Shown here one piece after another: positions 42,170 through 50,002 of a DNA stretch of 64,000 nucleotides. Both the position numbers and the translations under genes were made by a program. Within the stretch, counting starts at the first letter, position 1, and every line of letters starts with the position of its first letter. Origin of the DNA: an uncultured Verrucomicrobiae bacterium (GTDB lineage: Bacteria > Verrucomicrobiota > Verrucomicrobiia > Opitutales > JABDGR01); the NCBI GenBank assembly GCA_963765205.1, contig CAVXVB010000009.1:64001-128000 (forward strand), written 5' to 3'. Under the pieces are notes generated by a model. The model ran no database searches, was not told where the DNA came from, and saw nothing but the letters and a program-made list of their open reading frames with translations.

Positions 42170-42369
42170 TTGAGCGAACGCCAGAATTCTTCTTCAGTCA
42201 GCCCGCACACTTTACCCGAGACGATGTCTTCGATGCGGCGAATGCCTTCTTCGATGGCGTCCGCTTCGTTGGGCACCGGCCCGACGCTCTCCACCAGTTT
42301 GCGCGCGAGTTGCAACCGCTCCTCGACGGGCAGTCGCAACGCCGATTTCTCCAGTTCCGCGATGGACAT
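42166..42369 (-). CDS. putative addiction-module antitoxin component
   Basis: AL.LP.EER..LA..L.ES ... E..RR...I.SG.V. Confidence 0.8.
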   Translation of the reverse strand: MSIAELEKSALRLPVEERLQLARKLVESVGPVPNEADAIEEGIRRIEDIVSGKVCGLTEEEFWRSLK

Positions 42370-42421
42370 GAAATTAAATTAGGCCAAATCGAGCCGGGCC
42401 GCAAGTGCGATGTTGCCGGGT

Positions 42422-43243
42422 TCATTTCCTCATCGCCGCCGCCAGCCCCAATTCCGCGAACAAATCATTGGGCACGAGAACCAGCTTATTATCCATGGCG
42501 GTCGGTTCGCCGTTGCGCAGAGCCATGGTCAGGCCCGCGCCCTTTTGCGCCACTTCGGCGGCGAGTTTTTTGTAAAACTCGGCGGCGGGAATCAGCTCGG
42601 CGAACAGGGTCTGGATGATGACGCCGGCGTATTTCTGCATCATCTGCGCGTGGAATTCGCGCAGCAGCGGCACGAGTTCCATGATGCCCTTCGGCGCCGC
42701 CAGTTTCGAGCGCGGCCAGTCCTTCGTCGTGTTCAGCAGCTCGGCGGCGTTGAGCGTGATTTCCAGGCTGACCGAGGTGGGCGAAATCTTGCGTTTGAAA
42801 AATCCGAGCGCCAGGCCCTTTTGCTGCGCGCAATTGCGATAATCCAGAAAGAACGCGAAGGGCCACGACGCCTGCGTCAGCGCGTCAAGCAGCATCTTGT
42901 ATTTCTTCTGCTCCGAGCTGTCGGTGCGGAACCGCTGCTGGAACGAGGCCTCGAAATGCTGGCGCAGGTGGTGCGCGCTGGTGAGGTAATTGAGCAGCAG
43001 CCGCTCCAGATTCAGGACGACCGCGTCCTCGTCCACCGGGCCGGGATGGAGCAGGGTTTGCAGGTAATCGCCCCACTCGCGGTGGTTTTCATCGAGGACG
43101 CGAAAGAGCGCGAGCCGGTTTTTCGCCTCGGCCACGACCGGCTTGAACAGCGCGTGCTGCTTCAATTCCTCCGCGGACAAATCGCGCAAGTCCTGGACAT
43201 TTTTGATGGCGCCGCCCTCGGCAATATATCCGGCAAGTTTCAT
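42422..43243 (-). CDS. hypothetical protein
   Basis: 273-aa ORF with host-like GC-rich codons; helical; LDYRNCAQQ resembles a degenerate R-x4-H motif. Confidence 0.75.
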   Translation of the reverse strand: MKLAGYIAEGGAIKNVQDLRDLSAEELKQHALFKPVVAEAKNRLALFRVLDENHREWGDYLQTLLHPGPVDEDAVVLNLERLLLNYLTSAHHLRQHFEASFQQRFRTDSSEQKKYKMLLDALTQASWPFAFFLDYRNCAQQKGLALGFFKRKISPTSVSLEITLNAAELLNTTKDWPRSKLAAPKGIMELVPLLREFHAQMMQKYAGVIIQTLFAELIPAAEFYKKLAAEVAQKGAGLTMALRNGEPTAMDNKLVLVPNDLFAELGLAAAMRK

Positions 43244-43353
43244 TGGGTAAAAAAGGAGAAGGTAGAAGATAGGAGAAAGAAGGTAGAAGTGCAAACAAGA
43301 GTTGCGGGGTTTGCGATTTGAGCCACGCCGCCGCATCAACACCGCGTCATCCG

Positions 43354-43695
43354 TCACGCCTTGGGTCGAAAATAGTCGGTAAGTTTTTGCAACAAACGCC
43401 GATGGCGTTCAGGCGAAACCGAGCCTAAGACTCCGAGAAATCGGCCGGGCGGCAGAACGGTGAGATAACCCAGGCGAATCAGCGAAGGCGCCTTCAGTCC
43501 GCTTTTCGCGAAATCCGGCTGCGTTGAATCCACGATCTCATCGAGCTCCGGCACCTGGCGGTGGAGTTGGGTGCTGATGCCACAGACAAGCCAGTCGCCG
43601 AACGGCGGCATTTGGCGCAAGAGCAACGCCGGGCGGGGCTTGACGCCCCCATCGGCCTGCGGCAGCGGGGTCAGCGCGATATCGCCTTCTTTCAT
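43354..43695 (-). CDS. PemK/MazF-family toxin
   Basis: GDI.L..LPQADG..KPRPAL, VCGIST, SGLK.PSLIR. Confidence 0.85.
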   Translation of the reverse strand: MKEGDIALTPLPQADGGVKPRPALLLRQMPPFGDWLVCGISTQLHRQVPELDEIVDSTQPDFAKSGLKAPSLIRLGYLTVLPPGRFLGVLGSVSPERHRRLLQKLTDYFRPKA

Positions 43696-43697
43696 GG

Positions 43698-43919
43698 CTA
43701 CCGTTTAAGATCGGCCAGCGTGTATTCCGGTTCGTTGTCACCATATGCATCCGCGAGGTTGGCGGCGGCGAGCGCGGCCCATTCGGCGCGTTCCTGCTCC
43801 ACTTGCGCCTCGGCGGATAGAACCATCACACCCAATGGGCAGTTGGCGGGCAGATCAAACGGCTCGTCAAGGACGATTCGCTGGCCATCGTAATGGGCTT
43901 TGAGGATTACTGCGGACAT
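43698..43919 (-). CDS. antitoxin partner of the PemK/MazF toxin
   Basis: LKAHYDG..IVLDEP..LP N-terminus, acidic EPEY tail; directly upstream of the toxin. Confidence 0.75.
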   Translation of the reverse strand: MSAVILKAHYDGQRIVLDEPFDLPANCPLGVMVLSAEAQVEQERAEWAALAAANLADAYGDNEPEYTLADLKR

Positions 43920-43979
43920 GAAACCAATTATGGCAGGCTCGCATGGTTGGGCAAGACTTCTTGTGGGCCATTTTCTTGG

Positions 43980-44411
43980 CTATACTTTTACGCCTCTTCG
44001 ATTTAGTTCATCGGAAATATTTTTTGGATACATATTTTTCCAACCTTTCATTCTTCGAATCGCCTGAAAAACACCCAAGTCCTGCTTTTTGCTAATTTGC
44101 CGCCGGATCCCTTTTTCGGTCAATGATTTGCTGCGAAAAAACAGTTCACAACCGTGTTCCAAGGCATCATGAATTACATTTAATTCCCGGATGCCGCGAA
44201 ATTTACAAATTACTTTTGCGCCATATATATTTTTGTAGGAGGTATTGCCGTTACGGCCAAGTTGCAGGGCCTTATCGTAGGCTTCTTGAGGCGAATCCGC
44301 TCGAATCAAAACCGTGTTGATCCAGACATGATTACGGCGCCGACCTGGAACACGAATTTCCTCCACGAGGTCGGCGGCATACCATTTTGCGTCAGGTGGG
44401 ATAAAGGCCAT
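43980..44411 (-). CDS. DUF4288-like protein
   Basis: WY.A..V, VLIRADS..EAY.KA..LG, YKN.YG..V...F.GI.EL; AT-rich. Confidence 0.7.
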   Translation of the reverse strand: MAFIPPDAKWYAADLVEEIRVPGRRRNHVWINTVLIRADSPQEAYDKALQLGRNGNTSYKNIYGAKVICKFRGIRELNVIHDALEHGCELFFRSKSLTEKGIRRQISKKQDLGVFQAIRRMKGWKNMYPKNISDELNRRGVKV

Positions 44412-44414
44412 GAA

Positions 44415-46340
44415 TTAAGATTTTACTGAGACAATTCGAGAGAGGTCTTTTGCTTTGCTGGCCGTTGCCCACCGCCGCAGCACCTTCTCCTCGATGTCCG
44501 CCGGGCTGATGCCGTTTTGCGCGCGGAGTTCGGCGGCGCTGCTGCCGTGGCCCACAAAATTGTCCGGCCAGCCGATGCGTTCCACCGGCGTCGCGAGGCC
44601 CGCTTCATTCAGCGCTTCGAGCACCGCCGAGCCAAAGCCGCCCATGAGGACGTGGTCTTCCATCGTCACGATTAGGCGCGCGGCGCGGGCGTGTTGGTGC
44701 AAAAGTTCCCGGTCCAGCGGCTTTGCAAACCGCGCGTTCACGATCCCGACGGACAGGCCCTGTTCGGCAGCCAGTTTATCGGCGAGCTTCGCGGCGTCTT
44801 GCAGCATCGGGCCGAGCGCCCAAATGATAATGTCGCTGCCCTCGCGCAGCACTTCGGCCTGGCCGATGGGCAGCGCGGCGGGCTGGTCTTTGATCTTCAC
44901 GCCGACCGCCGGGCCGCGCGGGTAGCGGATGAACGCCGGGCCTTGGTGCAACAGCGCCGTGTGCAGCATGTCCACCAGCTCATCCTCGTCCTTCGGCTGC
45001 ATGACGACGGCGCGTGGCACGGTGCGCAGATACGCGATGTCGAACAGCCCATGGTGCGTCGGGCCGTCGTTGGGCGAAAGGCCGGCGCGGTCCATGCAAA
45101 ACGCCACGGGCAGATTTTGCAGCGCGACATCGTGGATGATGGGGTCGTAGGCGCGCTGGAGGAACGTCGAGTAAATCGCGCACACCGGGTGGATGCCGCT
45201 CGTGGCCAGGCCCGCCGCGAACAGCACCGCGTGCTCCTCGGCGATGCCCACGTCAAAAAATTGCGCCGGCACTTCCTTCGCCAGGTGCGACAAGCTCGTG
45301 CCCGACGGCATCGCGGCCGTGATGCCGACGATTTTCGGGTCGGCCTTGGCGAATTTCGCGAGCGTCTTGCCGAACACATCCTGCCAGTTCGGCGGCGTGC
45401 CGGGCTTCGTCGGCGCGGACTGGCCGGTCGTGATGTCAAACGGGCTGGTGCCGTGGAATTTCTCCGGGTTCTTGATCGCCACGTCGTAACCCCGGCCCTT
45501 TTTGGTCAAAACATGCAGCAACACCGGCTGGTCGGAATTTTTGCAAAACTCGAGATACCGCACCAGCAGCGGCAAGTCGTGCCCGTCAATCGGCCCGAGG
45601 TAGCGCAGGTTGAATTTCTCAAATAACGACGACGGCACGACAAAGTCCTTCGCCTCCTTTTTCGCGCGCGCGCCCAACTCGCGCAGCGAGTCGCCCCCCG
45701 GCGTCTTTTTGAGGAAACTTTCCAAGTCGTGGTGGAAGCGGTTATACCAGGGCGTCGTGATCAGCTCGTTCAGGTAGGTTGAGATCGCGCCGACGTTCTT
45801 GGCGATGGACCATTCGTTGTCGTTGAGCACCACAATCAGCCGCTTGGTCGAGGTCGCCACGTTGTTGAGCGCCTCCATCGTGATCCCGCACGTCAGCGCC
45901 GCGTCACCCAGCAGCGCGACGACGTGCTCGTTCGTGCCGTTCAAATCGCGCGCGGCGGCCATGCCCAGCGCGGCGGACAGCGCGGTGCCCGCGTGGCCCG
46001 CGCCGTAGCAGTCATATTCGCTTTCCTCCCGCATCAAGAAGCCGGACAACCCGCCCCCCTGGCGGATTTTCTTGAACCGCGCTCCGGCCCGCCCGGTCAA
46101 CAACTTATGGACGTAACCCTGGTGGGCCACGTCCATCACAAAGCGGTCCTTCGGCGAGTCGAACACCCGGTGCAGCGCGAGCGTCAGCTCGACGACGCCA
46201 AGGTTCGGCCCGATGTGGCCCCCGTTTTTGGAGGTCACTTCGATGATTTCGCGCCGGATTTCGTCGGCGAGCGTGGCCAGTTCGACGTGGGTGAGCGCCT
46301 TGACGTTGGCCGGGCCTTTGATGCGTTCGAGGAGAGCCAT
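44415..46340 (-). CDS. dxs: 1-deoxy-D-xylulose-5-phosphate synthase
   Basis: GGHIGPNLGVVELT, GDAALTCG..MEALNN, DVGIAEEHAV, YSTFLQRAYD, DGPTHHG. Confidence 0.98.
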   Translation of the reverse strand: MALLERIKGPANVKALTHVELATLADEIRREIIEVTSKNGGHIGPNLGVVELTLALHRVFDSPKDRFVMDVAHQGYVHKLLTGRAGARFKKIRQGGGLSGFLMREESEYDCYGAGHAGTALSAALGMAAARDLNGTNEHVVALLGDAALTCGITMEALNNVATSTKRLIVVLNDNEWSIAKNVGAISTYLNELITTPWYNRFHHDLESFLKKTPGGDSLRELGARAKKEAKDFVVPSSLFEKFNLRYLGPIDGHDLPLLVRYLEFCKNSDQPVLLHVLTKKGRGYDVAIKNPEKFHGTSPFDITTGQSAPTKPGTPPNWQDVFGKTLAKFAKADPKIVGITAAMPSGTSLSHLAKEVPAQFFDVGIAEEHAVLFAAGLATSGIHPVCAIYSTFLQRAYDPIIHDVALQNLPVAFCMDRAGLSPNDGPTHHGLFDIAYLRTVPRAVVMQPKDEDELVDMLHTALLHQGPAFIRYPRGPAVGVKIKDQPAALPIGQAEVLREGSDIIIWALGPMLQDAAKLADKLAAEQGLSVGIVNARFAKPLDRELLHQHARAARLIVTMEDHVLMGGFGSAVLEALNEAGLATPVERIGWPDNFVGHGSSAAELRAQNGISPADIEEKVLRRWATASKAKDLSRIVSVKS

Positions 46341-46381
46341 TCAGGTAAAACAGTCCAGTTCAACGCAGAGTGCCCGCCGGG

Positions 46382-46650
46382 TCAAGACTCGCTTTCCTCA
46401 TCCAGCGGCACGAACGCGGCCGCCCCCGTGTCGTCGAGCTTGAGTTTTTCGATTTTCAACTCGGCGGCGCGCAGGTGGTCCTGGCAGATTTTGAGCAAAT
46501 GGTGCCCCTCCTCGAACTTCGCGACCAAATCCGCCAGCGACACCTCCCCCCCTCGAGCGACTCGACGAGGGCTTCGAGCCGCGCATAGGCGGCCTCATAA
46601 GGCAGGGCGCCATCGGCGGGCGTAGGCGCGGTAATGGTCTTTTTGGGCAT
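46382..46650 (-). CDS. xseB: exodeoxyribonuclease VII small subunit, with a 1-nt frameshift in a G7 run near 46546-46552
   Basis: YEAAYARLEALVESLEGG, then in the next frame EVSLADLVAKFEEG..L..C...L.AAELKIE; classic position upstream of dxs. Confidence 0.88.
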
Positions 46651-46805
46651 GACAGGTATGGGTGCTGATTACCGAAAAATTAAGGCCAGGGCCAGCCTGG
46701 AATTGGCCTGGTGCTCCAGCCCGCATTGCATGGGCAAGGAGGCTGCACATGCCCAGTGCCTTAGCTCATCCACGAGAATTTGTTCCCTATCTGCAAAATT
46801 CCCAT

Positions 46806-47612
46806 TCACGGATGGGCAATTCGTTTCCGAAGCTCCGAATCGTCCGGAAACTTTTGTGCGCCAAGCTGCCAGGCTTGGCGGGCGTTGTCAGATTGGCCGA
46901 GTTTTTGATACTCATCGCCCAGTAGGATATATGTCCGTGCGAACTGTGCCTGGGGTGTCATCGTTTGCTGCTGCTCAATAAGGCTGGACAATTGTTGTAT
47001 CACTTCGGGGTCTTTGTTTAATTCCGTCGGCCAGCCAGATAAGGCGGAGGCCTTGACAAATTGCGCATCCCAGTTTGCTGGATCAACGCTTAACGCCGCG
47101 TTGAAATATTGATCAGCTTCCCGCCCTAGAATAGCCTTCTCGCTGAAATCCTGGGTGGCCGGTATTTTCCCTAGATTAAGCTCACCCAAGGCCGTTGGAA
47201 TTTCAGGATCGTCCGGATTGACTGCTGCGCGCTGTTTTAATTCGGCGATGGCCTGATCCAATCCACCCGCTGCCTGCAATTGATTTATCAGAGCCAGTTT
47301 CTCACTGAAACTGGTTTGTATGGAGATTAAACCATCAATGATCGAGCTAGAGGCTGTGCCCGCGTTACTCAATACGGTATCGCTTGAAACTGGATTTTTG
47401 GCGGGAATTTGTGCCGGCGCACTGCTGTTTGCTGAAACATTTCGCGGCTCCTCTACGTTTGGTGCGACTACCTCGTTTGACTTCACTTGTACCGGCAATG
47501 TTCCAGGAACAGGTAAAACTTCTTGCCGATCCAAATAAAACAGAGTCCCGGCGGCGATGGCGACAGAAACAATTAAAAATGCACCAACGGAGAATTTCAT
47601 ATTAGATTTCAT
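46806..47612 (-). CDS. membrane-anchored TPR-like protein
   Basis: N-terminal TM helix, Ser/Pro linker, helical repeats (YILLGDEYQKLGQ...A...WQ.G...FP). Confidence 0.75.
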   Translation of the reverse strand: MKSNMKFSVGAFLIVSVAIAAGTLFYLDRQEVLPVPGTLPVQVKSNEVVAPNVEEPRNVSANSSAPAQIPAKNPVSSDTVLSNAGTASSSIIDGLISIQTSFSEKLALINQLQAAGGLDQAIAELKQRAAVNPDDPEIPTALGELNLGKIPATQDFSEKAILGREADQYFNAALSVDPANWDAQFVKASALSGWPTELNKDPEVIQQLSSLIEQQQTMTPQAQFARTYILLGDEYQKLGQSDNARQAWQLGAQKFPDDSELRKRIAHP

Positions 47613-47630
47613 GGTTGTAGAAATTGAAGA

Positions 47631-49259
47631 TTAAGAATTTTCTTTTTCCTGCCGACGGCGTGCCTGTGCCACAATTCGAGCTCGTAGAATTAATGGCGTC
47701 ACCCAAATCAACATCACCCAAATCCCGTGATCTAAAACAACTTGGGCATATCTTAGGAACAGGTTTTGCTGGACAAATTGTCTGGCGATTTCGGTGTTGG
47801 CCTGAGCGGCGTGCGCAATGCTACCCAGCGCGAAATCATGCGCCACCGCGATCCCCCCCATCGCTACATTCCACGCTAGGGCGCAACTGCCAAGTGCCTG
47901 CCAGCCAATGGCCAGCGAGCCAACCGCCCAGGTGCCAATGCTGCATGCGCCAATCGGCAATATTCCCAATGCGACCGCGCCAAAGGGCAGCAAACCTATG
48001 GCAATTCCGCCGAAACTCAAGGGGGCAATGGCAATTCCACCCGCAGCGAACAACAAGCCCACCGCATGGCTGCTGCCGATGGCAATCCATGCCTTTACTG
48101 GCCCGCGCAGCACATCAAACCGATCACCAATGCGGATATGAACGAGTGGCAGTCCAAGCAGACTTGATCGGCTGCGATATTCATACGCGGCCGGGGGAAA
48201 ATTGCCTGCATATTCAACCGTTAAAAGTCCTGTAAGATGCCTGCGCCGCGATTGAATCGAGCCGAAGCCAAAGGCAAGGATCGTCAGAAAGTAAATGACA
48301 ATGGTTTGGCTGACCAATATACTCCAAAACAAAGAAGAATCGTCTTGGCTTCGGCACACTAAAAACAACGGAACAGCCAACACGATGGAAAATCCCAGGG
48401 CCAATACGAAGGCCTTCCGGAAAGAAGTTTTGACTAGGTCGCGTACTTCACCTGGATGAGCCTTGTCGAGACCCATCCGATAATTGGCGCAAAGCCCGGA
48501 AAGGATGAGTAATGGGCTTAAAATTGCCCCGACCAGCCCTGTTGCGCTGGCAGTCTTGACACTTGCGCCGGTTGTCGTTGCTGCAAGGAGTGATGCCGTG
48601 CCGCCCGCTGCGCCCTTGGCCAGTGCCGCCGCGGTCACTGTTTTCACCAGATCAATCGGCGCGGCTTGAACGGAATTGGCCGAAATCGCCCCGACGATAG
48701 CCGTAGTTGTGGAAGTTACGCCCTGTTTCAGGAAAAATTTCCGCAGCTTTTCCACCGCGCGATTTAAGCGCTTGTGCGCTGCCCATTCCTGAATGCCGAG
48801 GATCGCCGCTGTCTCCGCGCCACTTTTGTTTTCAAAAAAACGTAATGCCAGCAACGTGCGTTCCTTTTCATTTAGTCGAGTCATTGCTTCTTCCAAAAGC
48901 GGCGCGATTTGTTTCCAGGCGTTGTCAGGGTTTTCATCGTTCAAGGTGGATTGCATATAGGCCTCCTGTTCGCGGGCTTGTTGTCTGTTTTTGCCTCGCA
49001 AAAATTTCATGGATACGAACCGCGTGCTTTCATACAGCCAGCCGGTAAGAATGGTTTGTTGGCGCAGGCTCGCGGACTTTTGGGCAAGGACGATGAAAAC
49101 CGCCTGGGTCACGTCTTTCGCGTCTTCGGAGTTGCCGGTAAATCGCCATGCTGCGGAATAGACGAGATTGATGTGCCGACGAACCAGCTCGGCAAAAGCC
49201 GGTTCCGAATTTCGGTCGCAGTATTCACGCACCAAAGCCATGTCGTTCATATCGTGCAT
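47631..49259 (-). CDS. ECF sigma factor with a long C-terminal membrane extension
   Basis: AFAELVRRH..LVYSAA, AKDVTQAVF, GWLY, LRFFE, RAVEKLR; then Ala-rich linker, TM helices and Gly-Ile-Ala repeats after GLPLVHI. Confidence 0.9.
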   Translation of the reverse strand: MHDMNDMALVREYCDRNSEPAFAELVRRHINLVYSAAWRFTGNSEDAKDVTQAVFIVLAQKSASLRQQTILTGWLYESTRFVSMKFLRGKNRQQAREQEAYMQSTLNDENPDNAWKQIAPLLEEAMTRLNEKERTLLALRFFENKSGAETAAILGIQEWAAHKRLNRAVEKLRKFFLKQGVTSTTTAIVGAISANSVQAAPIDLVKTVTAAALAKGAAGGTASLLAATTTGASVKTASATGLVGAILSPLLILSGLCANYRMGLDKAHPGEVRDLVKTSFRKAFVLALGFSIVLAVPLFLVCRSQDDSSLFWSILVSQTIVIYFLTILAFGFGSIQSRRRHLTGLLTVEYAGNFPPAAYEYRSRSSLLGLPLVHIRIGDRFDVLRGPVKAWIAIGSSHAVGLLFAAGGIAIAPLSFGGIAIGLLPFGAVALGILPIGACSIGTWAVGSLAIGWQALGSCALAWNVAMGGIAVAHDFALGSIAHAAQANTEIARQFVQQNLFLRYAQVVLDHGIWVMLIWVTPLILRARIVAQARRRQEKENS

Positions 49260-49639
49260 TTACGTATTATATTCCCGACCAGATCTGAAATTGGACACTT
49301 ATTTTTGACCTACAGCAATTGTAGGAGGCACCGCGAGCACATGAATGCACAGAGTAGTCAACTACATAATGCGGTCAACCAGGTGGGAATCGAGACCATG
49401 TCATCATCGGCTACCAGTAAGACGACCCAACGGGGAAGGGCTACTTCAGCTTCCGTGAGGCAGGACGCCTCTAGCTGGGCTGTCACGGGCAGCAACGCCA
49501 GTTGACGGGGAAAGCAGCGTATGGGCGCATTCGCGCCTTGTAACACCCGTTTTTCCATGACTACTACAAAGTTTTTTCCCCATCTATGAGCGGGTCCGGC
49601 GTATCCTCGTATCCGCGTCGGCCGGAGCCGCCCGGTCGG

Positions 49640-49970
49640 TCAATCACGGATGGATTGGCACCCAACCGATCAAACCCATCCAACGTATCCAACCGAGCCA
49701 ACGTATCGCTGGCACAGTTGGCTATTTTCGGTTATACTGCCCGCCATGAATCCACTGCACCACACCACCAGCCCTGCGCGTCTTTGTCCGCGTTCCTACG
49801 CTCGGTGAAAAATTACCCCCCCCCCCCCCCCCCCCCCCCCACGTCGCGAACCACGCGGCAAACAAAACCCTGTTTTGAAACTCCCTTTCACCGCCAAGAC
49901 GCCAACATCATCAAGAATGCCCTTGCACAAAAATCCATCTTTGCGCTCTTCGCGACATTGCGGTGAATCA
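49640..49970 (+). repeat. ~330-bp direct repeat, copy 1 (9-bp tandem units, C25 tract, terminal palindrome)
   Basis: Aligns end to end with 52458-52787. Confidence 0.95.
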
Positions 49971-50002
49971 ATAATTCAATGGCCGCCCCGTTCAGTTTCC
50001 TC

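Noticed and set aside
42422..43243. HEPN nuclease call for the 273-aa protein
   Set aside because: The motif reads RNCAQQ with no His; insufficient support.
41390..44411. Integron cassette array
   Set aside because: No integron integrase and no recurring attC-like RYYYAAC...GTTRRRY sites between the cargo genes.
49341..49505. Short frame MNAQSSQLHNAVNQ.. reminiscent of a chemoreceptor C-terminus
   Set aside because: Resemblance is too short and weak to call without a search.
49709..49725. TGGCAC as a sigma54 promoter within the direct repeat
   Set aside because: GG-to-GC spacing is 8 nt, not the required 10, and copy 2 lacks the GC.
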